Assembly: GCF_963921235.1 (NCBI RefSeq)
Contig: NC_086109.1
Coordinates: 8,744,001 to 8,808,000 of the forward strand
Direction of reading: 5' to 3'
Length of the DNA stretch: 64,000 nucleotides
Source: Mobula hypostoma
Taxonomy: Eukaryota
Part shown: in pieces, positions 35,970 to 48,037 of the stretch
Numbering within the stretch: the first letter of the stretch is position 1
How the letters are laid out: every line of letters begins with the position of its first letter
Notes under the pieces: generated by a model
Told to the model about the DNA's origin: nothing
Seen by the model: the letters and a program-made list of their open reading frames with translations, nothing else
Databases searched by the model: none
Position numbers and translations under genes: made by a program

Positions 35970-36545
35970 TTCCACATCCCATTCCCATTCTGACATGTCT
36001 ATCCACGGCCTCCTCTACTGTAAAGATGAAGCCACACTCAGGTTGGAGGAACAACACCTTATATTCTGTCTGGGTAGCCTCCAACCTGATGGCATGAACA
36101 TCAACTACTCTAACTTCCGCTAATGCCCCACCTCCCCCTCGTACCCCATCTGCTACTTATTTTTATACACACATTCTTTCTCTCACTCTCCTTTTTCTCC
36201 CTCTGTCCCTCTGAATATACCCCTCGCCCATCCTCTGGGTTCCCCCCCCCTTGTCTTTCTCCCCGGACCTCCTGTCCCATGATCCTCTCGTATCTCTTTT
36301 GCCAATCACCTGTCCAGCTCTTGGCTCCATCCCTCCCCCTCCTGTCATTTTGGATCTCCCCCTCCCCCTCCAACTTTCAAATCCCTTACTCACTCTTCCT
36401 TCAGTTAGTCCTGACGAAGAGTCTCGGCCTGAAACGTCGACTGTACCTCTTCCTAGAGATGCTGCTTGGCCTGCTGCGTTCACCAGCAACTTTTATGTGT
36501 GTTGCTTGAATTTCCAGCATCTGCAGAATTCCTGTTGTTTGCGTT
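35970..36545 (+). mobile_element. Young PLE 3' end: GIY-YIG C-terminus plus pLTR
   Basis: HSHSDMSIHGLLYCKDEATLRLEEQHLIFCLGSLQPDGMNINYSNFR-stop, then the UTR and the hammerhead-bearing pLTR. Confidence 0.88.
36406..36443 (+). ncRNA. Minimal type I hammerhead ribozyme motif (PLE-associated)
   Basis: tagtc-CTGACGA-aga gtctcgg cct-GAAAC-GTC-gactg. Stem I is tagtc/gactg, the core is intact, stem III is the palindrome ACGT, and stem II has one mismatch. Confidence 0.75.
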
Positions 36546-36679
36546 TTTAAATATACCAGTAGCAACATTAGAGTCATAGGGTCATACGGTAGGGAGACAG
36601 GCCCTTCAGCCCAACTCGTCCCTGCTGACCAAGGTGCCCATCTAAATTAGTCCCATTCACACATAGGCCCATATCCATT

Positions 36680-37098
36680 TGATGTCTCTGGGCCTGTACT
36701 TGCTGGAGTTTAGAAGAATGAGGAGGGATCTCATTGAAACCTATCGAATATTGAAAGGCCAAGATAGAATGGATGTGGAGAGGATGTTTCCTATAGCGGG
36801 TGGGTCTAGGCCCAGCCTCAGAATAGAAGGGCATCCCTTTGGAACAGGGATGAGGAGGAATTTCTTCAGCCAGAGGGTGGTGAATCTGTGGAAATCTTTG
36901 CCACAGATGCTGCAGAGGCCAAGTCATTGGGTATATCTAAAGTGGAGGTTGATAGTCCTTGACTGGTAAGGCTGTTAAAGGTTTCAGAGAGAAGGCAGAA
37001 GAGTGAGGTTGAGGGGAAGATAAATCAGCCATGATGGAATGGGAGAGTGGACCCAATGGGCCAAGTAGCCTAATTCTGATCTTATGTCTTCTGGTCTT
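36680..37098 (+). mobile_element. CR1 3' fragment
   Basis: ORF 36679-36969 reads LGLYLLEFRRMRRDLIETYRILKG...RRNFFSQRVVNLW. Confidence 0.87.
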
Positions 37099-37901
37099 CA
37101 TGTTCAAGGTGAAGTACAACCAGACGAAACAGTGTTCCTCCACACAGTGCACCCACAAAACATATATCACACACAGTACATAAAACAAAATATTACCACA
37201 AGTAAGTTCAAAATATAACTCAAAATGCATGTGGTGCACAGCACAGGTGAACAGTAAACAGCTCACTGTCCTAGTGACAAGGCCTTGGTGATGGCAGGGT
37301 ATTCATTAGTCTCACAGCCTGAGGGAAGAAGCTGTTACCCAGTCTGGCAGTCCTAGTCCTGATGCTTCTGTACCTCCTTCCTGATGGTACAGGGTCAAAG
37401 GGATGGTAGGGATCCTCACCAATGTCTTGGGACTTTCATCTGCAACGCTCTCAGTAAACATGACAAATAGGAGGGAGGGAAACCCCAGTGATGGTCTTAT
37501 GTCCACTCACAGAATATACTGCAATGACTCACCGAGACAACACTTCCCAAACGCATGGTCTTTATCACCTCCTCCAAAACAAGTGGTCTTTGCTACCAAA
37601 CGTCAAGGTCAGTAGGTGCGGGGAGCACTACCACCAATACGTCCCCCTCCAAGTCAGACACCATCCCCCCAACATGAAAGTGTGTCACCATTCCTTTATT
37701 GTCTGTGGGCTTAATTCCTTCAATTCCCTCCCCAACATCATCTTTACCAGATGGACCACAGCTGTTCAAGAAGACAGCTCACCACCAAGAGGCAATTCGG
37801 GATAGTCAATAAATGCAGGTTTTTCCCGTAATGCCCCCAATCCAAAAAGGTATTTAAAAGAGAAAGCACTAAAACCACCATTAAATACTCAGCTTTCTAA
37901 A

Positions 37902-38476
37902 TGTAATGACCTGAGAAAGGTTTCCCTGATACTGTAAAGGTTTCTCTGTAGCGCAATGTTTGGGTTATGACTAGAGATAACGGGGGCTTTGGAATGTGCG
38001 CTGGCCAATGAGGGGAGAGGCTTTTCTTTCTTGTGGGCCCGAGCGAAGGTCTCGCGGTTTTTCTGCTTGGCGGAAGATGGAGAGAGAAGATGCTGGAACG
38101 GGGAAGTTGTAGACTGCAGGACCGAGCGGATTTGGAATGGGGTCGGGAGTCGACACCCGGGGGGGGGGGCCGGGGGGGGGGAATCGATGGAGAATGAACT
38201 GGCAGGAAAACAGTGAGCTCCAACGTTGCACATTGGACTGTTTCATGAGAATTGGCCCTTTTTCTTTTTGTTTTCTTTACTAACCCTATAGTCAAATTAA
38301 GAATTATAAAGCTCAATTGTTTAATTGCGTATTGTATACTGTTTGTTATTTTGTGATGCTGATTTGTAACAAGGGAACACATCACACAGCATCCACACAA
38401 ACAAGATTTCTTAACTTTGACCGGGCCAGGGGATATCATCCCCTAGATTAAGTGGCTATCTGAACCTAGGGTTACA
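37902..38476. mobile_element. Solo LTR (575 bp)
   Basis: Begins tgtaa and ends ttaca (TG...CA with a 5-bp terminal inverted repeat). CCAAT and CpG-rich interior. Flanks taaa/tgaa are an imperfect 4-bp TSD. Confidence 0.75.
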
Positions 38477-38794
38477 TGAATATAGTATGTATCTGTGTAA
38501 ATAAGACATAAAGATTAACTTTATATATCACGTGTACATTGAAACATCAACACATACAGTGAAATGCTTTGTCTGTAACAACGAGCAACACAGCCCACAA
38601 GCATTGCTATGCTTCCAGCGCCCACACAGGATAGCCACAACTCACCCACCCTTAAGCCTTTGCAGCATGGGAGGAAACCAGGGAAGTATGATTATTTCAC
38701 TAAGTTTTATGAGGGGTTATGGATGAGAAAGAGAAATTGAATGAGCACATTTAACCCCTGCAGGTGTTCTACTCTGTTTTAAATGGACATGCGG

Positions 38795-39205
38795 GGGGGG
38801 TGGGGAGTGCAGGGTGGAGATATGCCTCTACCGAAGGAGGTGTAAGGCGCTCTTTTCCTCCGCTAGCCTTCAGGTCACCCTTGGGCAAGGTGTAGCACCT
38901 GCTTAGCCCCCGATCAGGGTCACATAAAGCCACGGGAGCCGGTGGTGGATGGTTGTCTGAGCAGGTCCTGGTTATGTGACCAGTTGGTGCATATCGCCAA
39001 GTCCCGGTTATGTGACCACTGACACCAGGCAGACAATCTCTGAAGAGTATTGATAATGTCTGGGGTCACCCCTCTTGTAAAGACACTGCCCAGTAGAAGG
39101 CAATGGCAAACCACTTCTGTAGAAAAATTTACCAAGAACAATCACAGTCAAGGACAGACTATGATCACCCACGTCATATGACAGGGCACACCATGATTAT
39201 ATTGA
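38795..39205 (+). mobile_element. Non-autonomous RTE (BovB-like) element, family A
   Basis: Homologous to 35445-35828, with an internal duplication of gtcc(t/c)ggttatgtgacca. Confidence 0.78.
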
Positions 39206-39964
39206 TGATCAATGGACAGGTTATTAATAAATTCCCATTATTAATGATGGAAACACTACAGTTAATCCATGAGTGTGTAGCGTAGTGGTCAGCACAATAT
39301 CTTACAGTACAGACAACCCAGGTTCGATTCCCACCGCTGCCAGTAAGGAGTTTGTACATTCTCCCCATGACCACGTGGTTTACTGGTTGGTTAGCGAATT
39401 GTAAATTGGTAGGTTATTGCAAATTGTCCCTTGATTAGGCTCAATTAAATTGGGGGATTGTTGGGTTGCATGGCCTACTCAGCACTGTATCACAATAAAA
39501 ATAAATAAATGTTTTTTGAAAAAACATTTCGCAAAACAGAACATGTCCTCCAAGCCTATAATTATATTGTACATCGGAAAGTTATACCCCTGCTTCCCAG
39601 CTTCTCCCATACAAAATCCATGACTCTAAAGATGCTCAGAAGAGCTCTAATTACCATCAACAGATAAGAAATATGTGACCAGGTTACCATGTTAGTATGA
39701 AAACAATGGATGATTGCACTTCAGCAAGAGCCTAGTCTCCTGCCCTTCTGCTTTAGTTTCCTACATTGACTGCCGGCTCGCATACCACTCGGTTCTCTGC
39801 CCTCCCGACCCCAAAATGAAAGGTCTTAAAATCCAGTGTCCCATAACTTCCCTGCACCGCCATCTCCTCCATCATGACCATCGGCAGCCCTAATGACACA
39901 GCGCAGGAACAGGCCCCTCGGACCACGATGTCTGCGGCCGAACACAACGCCAGGTTCGGTACAT

Positions 39965-40605
39965 CCCTGAGGCGCGCCTGTGTTGATAGCCGGCGAGAAG
40001 GAGAGATATTGCCCGTACACACCGACTGTGGTCTCCCAATGAAGAAGTCAAGAATCCAGTTGCAGGGGGAAGTACAGCAGCGGAGGTTTTGAAGCTTTTA
40101 ATTATTTTTTTTCGAGGTACCGCGCGATAACAGACTCTTTCGGCCCAACAAGCTCAATTATTCCCATGTGACAATTAACCTACTAAGCCAAGAGTCTTTG
40201 GAATGTGTGAGGAGACAAGAGCACCTGGACGAAACACGTGTAGTAATGAGTAGACAGTAGAGACAGTGGCAGGAATTGAACTGGGGTCACAGGCACTGAA
40301 GAAGCATTTCAATAATTACTATAGAACCAATCCGCCCCGATTAGTCCTGGGGATGACGGTATTCATTATAGCTGAGCAGTATTAATAAACAGCAGCCTGG
40401 CGTGGGTGTTACTGTTGTCCAGGTGATGCAAGTCTGAGTGGCGAGCCAGTGAGGTTACATCCGCTGTAGACCTATTGTTGGCAGTGGTCCAGGTCCTTGT
40501 TCAGGCAGGGGTTAACTCTACTCATGACCAGCCTCTCAAAGTACTTCCTCACAGTAGATGTGACTGCTACTGGGCGGGAGTTGTTGAGGTAGCTCACCAC
40601 TCTCT
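39965..40605 (-). mobile_element. Rex1/Babar RT fragment with a nested V-SINE (about 40100-40330)
   Basis: AINTGAPQG, with a degenerate LLLIL.SYNEY..IP and MS..NPCLNKDLD upstream. Confidence 0.65.
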
Positions 40606-40765
40606 ATGTAAAAAAAAAGGTTTCTTTAAACTTACCCCTCCTTTAAACTTACCTCTACTTTAAACTTACTGCTTGCCCTCTAGTATTTGTATTTCTATCC
40701 TGGGAAGAAGATTCTGCCTACCCTGTCTATGCCTCATAACTTTATAAGCTACTACCAAGTCTCCC

Positions 40766-41077
40766 AGTGGGCACGTGGCCAAGTGGTTAAGGTATTGGAC
40801 TAACGACCTGAAGGTCGTGAGTTCAAGCCCCAGCTGAGGCTGCGTGTTGTGCCTTGAGCAAGGCACTTAACCGCACATTGCTCTGCGACGACACCGGTGC
40901 CAAGCTGTATCGGCCCTTGCCCTTCCCTTGGACAACATTGGTGTCGTGTAGAGGGGAGACTTGCAGCATGGGCAACTGGCAGTCTTCCATAAAACCTTAC
41001 CCAGGCCTGCGCTCTGGAGAGTGAAGACTTTCCAGGCATAGATTCATGGTCTCGCAAGACTACCGGATGCCTTACCT
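40766..41077 (+). mobile_element. tRNA-derived CORE-type SINE with an RTE-like tail
   Basis: A box tggccaagtgg, B box gttcaagcc, CORE-like ccttgagcaaggcacttaacc, tail catggtctcgcaagactaccggatgcc. 13-bp TSD taccaagtctccc (40753-40765, 41078-41090). Confidence 0.85.
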
Positions 41078-41420
41078 TACCAAGTCTCCCCACAGCCGCC
41101 GGTGCTCTGGAGGAAACAATCTAAGTTTTTCCATCCTCCTCATCTGGCCCAAGCCCTCCAATCCTGGCAGCATCCTAGTAGACCTCTCCAACGCCACCAT
41201 GTCCTTCCTGCAATGGGTCAACCAGCACGGCACGCAATACTCCAAGTGCAGCCCAAACCAAAGTCTTACACTGCAAGACCCTCTGTCATTAACTTATCTG
41301 AGATGTGGGCCTGTAGACGCTGGCGTCTAGAAGAATGAGGGGAGGATCTCACTGAAGCCTATCGAATATTGAAAGGCCAAGATAGGCCGGACGTTGAGAG
41401 GATGATTCCAAATGTGGGGA

Positions 41421-41978
41421 TGTCACGATGTGCGCTGGCAATATCAGACTCCAAGTGCAGAGGAACAGACTCTGATGTAGAGATGGTGTTGAGAGTTTAT
41501 TCACAATAATTCCAAAAGAACATTGGCGGCTCGGCCAAGCGACACCACAAGAAGTACCATACTCAAAACAAGGACCCTGCGATTAGTACTAATCAGGCGT
41601 CCACTTAAATAATTCAAGTAACACAGAATCCCCGAGCCTATCAAAATAAACTTAACAAGCTTAAACAGAAAACCACATTACAAAGAGCAAACAACAGGAA
41701 TTCTGCAGATGCTGGAAATTCAAGCAACATACATCAAAGTTGCTGGTGAATGCAGCAGGCCAAGCAGCATCTATAGGAAGAGGCGCAGTCGACGTTTCAG
41801 GCCGAGACCCTTCGTCAGGACTAACTGAAGGAAGAGCAAGTTGCTTGAGAAAAACCACAGGGACCTCTAAACGGATAACGACTCTCATTAAACAACAATT
41901 AACTAACTCAGATGCTCTTAAAAGCCTTACAGCCGAAAACTCTCCAGCTCCCTGCACAAACCCAAAGAAGTCATTGCA
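41421..41978 (-). mobile_element. Solo LTR (family B) with a nested PLE fragment at about 41691-41838
   Basis: tgtcacg...cattgca termini. Reverse-complement homolog of 44396-44776. The nested piece is flanked by aagagcaa. Strand is given relative to the other copy only. Confidence 0.75.
41786..41823 (-). ncRNA. Minimal type I hammerhead ribozyme motif, apparently intact
   Basis: Minus strand reads tagtc-CTGACGA-agg gtctcgg cct-GAAAC-GTC-gactg. All core bases, a 3-bp stem II, a 5-bp stem I and a GUC cleavage triplet are present. Confidence 0.8.
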
Positions 41979-42511
41979 AGGGGTCTCTAGGACCAGAGAG
42001 CACAGCCTCAGAATACAAGGAAGTCCCTTTGGAACAGTGATGAGGAAGAATTCCTTTAGCCAGAGGGTGGTGAATCTGTGGAATTCATTGCCACAGATGG
42101 CTGGGGAAGCTAAGTCATTGGGTATAAGTAAGGAAGAGTTTAATAGGTTCTTGATTTGTAATGGCTTCAAAGGTTATGGGGAGAAGGCAGGAGAATGGGG
42201 TTAAGAAGGATAATAAATCAGCCATGATGGAATGGGCCGAATGGCCTCGTTCTGCTCCTATATCTCCTGGTCTTACCTCAATATATTGTTCAATTTACCT
42301 TTGTTTCCTTCTTTCATATTGATTAAACAAGACAAATAAGATTAGTTTTATTTGTCCAATGTACATTGAAACATTGAAACATACAGTAAAACATGTCGTT
42401 TGCGTCAACGACCAACACAGTCCAAATATGTGTTGGAGGCAGCCTGTAAATGTCACAGTGCTTCCAGAGCCAACGTAGCATGCCCACGATTACTAACCCT
42501 TACCAAACCAT

Positions 42512-42840
42512 AGGGCGGAGGGGTGGAGGTACATCTCTATCAAAGGAGGTGTAAGGCACTCCTTGGTCACCCTTGGGCAAGGTGTAGCACCTGATCAGTG
42601 TCACATGAAGCCATGGGAGCAGGTGGTGGATGGTCATATGAGTGTAGCTGGTGCATATCACGAGTCCTGGTTATGTGACCACTGAAGCCAGGCAGACAAT
42701 CTCTGAAGAGTATCGAAAATGGCTGGGCTCACCCGTCTTGTAAAGACACTGCCCAGATGAAAGCAATGGCGAACCACTTCTGTAGCAAAACTCAGGGAAA
42801 GACCATGAACTCCCACATCATTCGACATGACACGTCAGGA
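42512..42840 (+). mobile_element. Non-autonomous RTE (BovB-like) element, family A
   Basis: Homologous to 35445-35828 with small deletions. Confidence 0.75.
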
Positions 42841-43384
42841 ATGAAAGCTAACCCATATGTCTTTGGATTGTGGGAGGAAACCGGAGCATCTGGAGGAATC
42901 ACAGCCTGTTTTGGGGTGAACGTACAAGCTCCTGACTGGCAGCAGTGGGAATTGAACCCCGATCTTACAGATGGCACTGTAAAACATTGCACGAACCTCA
43001 CGCTATGTGCCTCCCTTTATGATACTAACATGCAAGTCCCTGCAATCCCAGAAAAATGGGTTTTGATGCAAACTCAACCAATAGAGTTATAAAGTCACAG
43101 ATCCCCTAGCCTCAATATCAGGGAAATGTAAGCATTGTTACCATTCAATTCAATCCGTTTCATATTTTGATATTCCTTTGCTTTGCTGATTTCAGTTCCG
43201 TCTTTTATAGAAACTCACCCTTCCTTGCTGTGCAATAATCAGGAATCATTCTCTTCCTCATTGTCAGACATAAAATCAAGACCACAAAACCATAAGAGAT
43301 AAGAGCAGAGTTGGGCCATTCAGCCCATCGAATCTGCTCTGGCATTCCATCATGGCTGGTTTGTTTATTTGTTTGTTTGTTTGT

Positions 43385-43665
43385 TTATATTGAGATACAG
43401 TGCAGAGTAGGTCCTCTGGCCCTTTGAGCCGTGTCGCCCAGCAAACCACCTATTTAACCCTGGCCTAATCACAGGAGGATTTACAATGACCAATTAACCT
43501 ACTAACTGGTACATCGTTGGACTGTGGGAGGAAACTGGAGCAGCCAGAGGAAATCCATGCAGTCACAGGGAGAATATACAAACCCCTTACAGGCAGCAAT
43601 GGGAATTGAACCCCAGTTGCTGGGACTGTAAAGCCCTGTGCTAACCATTGCGCTACCTTGCCGCC
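43385..43665 (-). mobile_element. V-SINE (HE1-like), full length, nested in a minus-strand CR1 end
   Basis: Minus strand gives ggcggcaaggtagcgcaatggttagc (A box), ggttcaattcc (B box), the V core and an (aaac)n tail. Confidence 0.82.
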
Positions 43666-44395
43666 CCCATTATCCTCCTCATCCCCATTCTCCTGCCTTC
43701 TCCCTGTAATCCTACTAATCGAGAACCTATCAACCTCCACTTTAAATATACCCAACAACTTGGCCCCCGCAGCTGTCTGTGGCAATGAATTCCACAGATT
43801 CACCACCCTCTGACTGAAGAAATCCCTCCCCATCTCTGTTCTAAAAGGATGTCCCTCTGTTTAAGTAGGATTGCCTCTGCTTTGAAACTTCGAAATAGAA
43901 GAGAATCTTCGCTTTTCTTTATTTTCTTTGGAGTCACTTCCCTGTCTTTCCCCAGAGCCCTTCAATTATCCTTCTTCTGGCTCTGACCCAAATCTCCATT
44001 GAAAGTCCCTATTGAATCTGCTTCCACTTCCAGAAAGCATGCTATCCAGATGCATCACAGGCTTTGCCCGAGAAGCTGCAGGGCTGCAGACGCATCTCAG
44101 CATATCGCGGAAAGCAACCTCCTTTAAATGGTCTACACTTCTCACTGCCTCGGTAAAGCATCTTGCAGAGTGAAGTGGATTTCTGACTGCACGATCTCCC
44201 ACATTATGACTTTGCACCTTACTGCCTGCCTGCGCTGCACTTTCTCTGTAACTGTAACACTTTATTCTGCATTCTGTCATTGTTTTCCCTCGTACTACCT
44301 CCCTGCACTGATGTGACGAAACAACGGCCACGACACAGTAGCTTAGTGGTTTTGCGTAATGCCATTACACTGCTAGCAGCTCAGTTCAATTCCGC

Positions 44396-44776
44396 CCTAA
44401 TGAGCTCCTCGGGCCTGTGCAGCCCACTGGAGGGCTTTGGACTCCAAGTTTTGTAGACACTTCAATTGATTATTTGTTTCTGAATGAGAGTTGTAAAGTT
44501 CCTTGTGCTCGTTCTCGAGCAACTCGCTCTTTGTAATGTGGCCCCTGGTGCTTTCTGTTTAAACTTGGTAAATTTATTTTGATCGGCTCCGAGATTCCGT
44601 GTTACTTGTATTATTTAAGTGGACGCCTGACTAACATTAATTGCGGGATCCTGGTTTTGAGAAGGCTCGGCAGAGGAGCCGAGGTCCTGTTGGACAAGCG
44701 CTGATCGCCGTCTCTGCATTGGAGTCTGTCTTTCCTCCACACTTGGGTTCCGACGTTGCCAGTGCACATTGTGACA
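44396..44776 (+). mobile_element. Solo LTR (family B)
   Basis: Ends attgtgaca. Perfect 5-bp TSD tccgc (44391-44395, 44777-44781). The 5' TG is mutated. Homologous to 41421-41978. Confidence 0.78.
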
Positions 44777-45754
44777 TCCGCTACCTCAGTAAGACAGCCA
44801 GCATAATCACAGCCGCCACCCTCCGTTCATCCCCTCTTCTGCACATGAGCGGAACAGGCCCTTCCAGCACAATGAGCCGCGGCACCCGACAACCCACCGA
44901 TTTATCCCTCGCCTGATCACAGGACGATCTACAGTGGCTAACCAACCTACTAACCGGAACGTCTTTGGATTGTGGGTGAAATCTGGAGCACACGGAGGAA
45001 GCCCACATGGTCACAGGAAGGACATCCAAATTCCTCGCAGATGGCATCGGAAGTGAACTCCAAACTCCGACGTGCTGAGCTGTAACAAGAGCCGCGCTGA
45101 CCGCTACATACAGAGTCCTACCAATGGACTCCCTTCGTCACCCTTTAGCTCTGCACAGTTTCACTTCAGCTAATAGCTCTGCAGAGTACTCAATGGGACT
45201 CGAAACATCCTCAGCAGTGATTCTGAATCTCACAGAATCTCCCTCAGTTTATAACCTGAGTAAGGTAACCTCCTCCTGATGGCTACTTAATACCCGAGGA
45301 ACGGGTGCTCCTCCTGGGTGAGGGTTGCCCAGAAGTACTGACAGCGGGTGGGAGCACAGGATGCAGTCTGGCTGCTGGGGGGGTAGGTCGGAGTCCTCCT
45401 GCTTCACTTAGGCTGGCAGGGTCCTGTGGGGCATAACGGTTGTGACAGTGGTGAAAGAAACAGATAAACATAGTTGATGTCAACCCTGCAATCGCACCCA
45501 CCTGAGACGTATCTATCCACGACAATGCTTACAGACTCACCTGACACCACACCCACTGAATTGTGTAATACTGACTCCAAACCCAATACACCCTTAGAAT
45601 TATATAGCATCAAAACAGGCTCAGTCCGACTGGTTCATCCTGACCAAGATTCCAACTAATCAAGTCCCAGTTGTCCATGTGTGGCCCAATCCACTCCAAA
45701 CCTTCCCCATCTAGGAACTTGTCCATGTAGCGTTTAAATGTTGTTAATGTACTG

Positions 45755-46172
45755 TTCTCCAAGAAGACAACCTTGTTGTAGGGTTTGGATCTCAATGACC
45801 CAGAGAGCTGTGTTGGCTGGGGTCAGGGCTTTATGCTTTGGCTCTTGGTAGGGTCACCCAGGCCAAACAGGTCAAAGGGTAGAGGCCAGACTAAGAGTGG
45901 TCCACTGCTCCTCCAGGTTCGGGAGTTCAGTTCAGGACTAACAACCCCGACTGGTCGAACAAAACTGTTACGGAAACAGCAATGAAGAATCCTTCTACGT
46001 CTGAGTGCGACGGTATTCCTGAGTCTCCACCCGGGACGTGCATGATCGACAGTAGTGAAAACCGAGAGGAAGCTACTGAGATGATGAAGGAAGCTCTGAA
46101 CACCGCCAGGGATGGAGGATCTTCATTGCTGCTCTAAATGCCAGTGGCATAACGGGCAGTAATAATAACAAT
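45755..46172 (+). mobile_element. Non-autonomous bipartite RTE element, family C
   Basis: RTE-type 5' UTR (ggtagggtcaccca.gccaaacaggtc) fused to an ORF end reading RQGWRIFIAALNASGITGS and a (taa)n tail. TSD-like taatgtactgt/taatgttctgt. A second copy is at 52125-52518. Confidence 0.75.
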
Positions 46173-47449
46173 AATGTTCTGTACCTGCCACAATTACTTC
46201 CTCTGGCAGCTCATTCATTATACTGACCACTCTCTGGGCAAAAAAGTTGACCCTCAAGTTTCTATTAAGTATCTCCCCTCTCACCTTAAGCCGTTGCCCT
46301 CTCGCTCTTAAATCCCCAGCCTGAGTCCATTCACCCTGTCTACGACCCTCATGATCTCATACTTCTCGGGAAGATTATCCCTCATTCTTCTAAGCTCCAA
46401 TGAGAAAGTCCCAACCTGTTCAACCTCACTCTCCATACTCACTCCCTCAAGTCCTGGCAATGCCTGTATAAATTTCCTCTGTACTTTTTCCAGCGTAACG
46501 GCATTATCAGGTGACCGAAGCTGAACACAATATTCCAAATGCAGCCAAACTGACGTCTTGGAAAACTGCAACTTAACACCCTATCTTCTACACTCGATGC
46601 CCTATCTGATGAAGACCAGCAGATACACTCCATCGATTACCATCCTCTTCCTCCTGTGGGCAAGCCAATTCTGAATCTACGCAGACAAGTACCTCACTGT
46701 ACCTCTGTACATGTGACAATAGTAAACAACTTAATCAATTTACAAAAGGATATTCCTCTCTATGCTTTCGATAGACTCACCTCTGAGCAATGAAAAGTAC
46801 TCTTCCTTGATAATGTCCTGCTTGGTGAAGGGATGGCTTGCACTGGATCCCAGCTCGGTGAAGGCGAGAGTTCAGCAGACTCGTAATGTGCCTCCCCAGA
46901 TGCCCGACCCCACAGTGCAGTGCACATTTTGTCAGTTGGTATGTTTCCAAACCACCTGATGCTGACTTCTGTGAAGTGGCTCTTCACAGAATAATGGGGT
47001 TGATAAGAGTTGAAGTGGTACACTGAGTCACTTGCTGTAAGGTAGGCTGTAGGTGGGAGCAAAATTTTTCTGTTTAAAAGGACACTGTGGTCCAACCCCA
47101 TAACCACAAGAAAGATGACTACATTTACTATCAGTGCAAATGATGAGTCATGGCGTTGGAAAGTCCAGACTTGAGCTCACCGGTTGACTCTTAGTGTTTC
47201 TTGGCCAAAGCTTCACTAAACCTCTCAACACAAACAGAGAATAGTGATTCAGGGACTCATTCAGAGAAAGCACAACAGTATTTCTGAAATATTTTCCCAT
47301 CCAATTTACCCATAATATTTTCCATCGAGTAGTTTTGCAAACTCTCTTCGCTTCAAACAGCATTGAGGTTAATCTTTCTTCACTTCTCCCTCTACTCGGT
47401 ATGTTTTGGCTCTAGAGTGGGGTTTTAATTTTTTCTTCAGAATCACTGC

Positions 47450-47975
47450 CTTGCTTGACCTGAAATTTGCTGTTTTGTGACAGCGGTAGAGTGCAAAAGC
47501 ATAAAATTGCTATAAATTACAAAATAGTTAAAATGTGTGAAAAAGAAGTATTCTTGAGTTCGTGGCTCAGTAACCAAATGGCAGAGGGGATTTAGTTGTT
47601 TCTGAATCATTGAGTGTGGGTCTTCAGGCTCCTGTACCTCCTCCCTGCTGGTAGCAATGAGAAGAGGGCATGTCCTGGGTGATGGGGGTTCTCGGTGCTG
47701 GGTGTCACCTTTCTGAGACTCTGCCTCTTGGTGTCCTCAATGATAGGCAGGGTTGTGACGTGATGAACCTGGCTGAGACTACAAGCCTCTGCAGACTCTT
47801 GCGATCTCGTATAACAGAGCCTCCATGCCAGGCTGTGATGCAGCCTGTCAGAATATTCTCCGCTGTAGATGTATAGAAATTTGCAGGAGTATTTGGTGAT
47901 CTCCTCAAACTCCTGATGAAGTAGAGTCACTGGTGTGCCTTCTTCATAATTGCATTATTATGTTGGGCCTGGGAT
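47450..47975 (-). mobile_element. Rex1/Babar 3' fragment
   Basis: FYTSTAENILTGCITAWHG and PHHPGHALFSLLPAGRRYRSLKTHT. Confidence 0.83.
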
Positions 47976-48037
47976 ATGCCTCCGAGGCATTGACACCCAC
48001 TTTAAATTCCATGCCAACTTTAGCTCCTTCTTCACAC

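Larger units (their letters stand above)
41310..42275 (+). mobile_element. CR1 3' fragment split by a solo LTR
   Basis: The CR1 sequence ..aatgtgggga | ..tctaggaccagagagcacagcctcagaat continues across the LTR. Confidence 0.8.

Noticed and set aside
37897..38439. Proline-rich ORFs
   Set aside because: They arise from G-tracts inside the solo LTR.
40766..40840. tRNA gene (also 50338-50412)
   Set aside because: These are SINE heads that continue into SINE bodies bounded by TSDs, without convincing cloverleafs.
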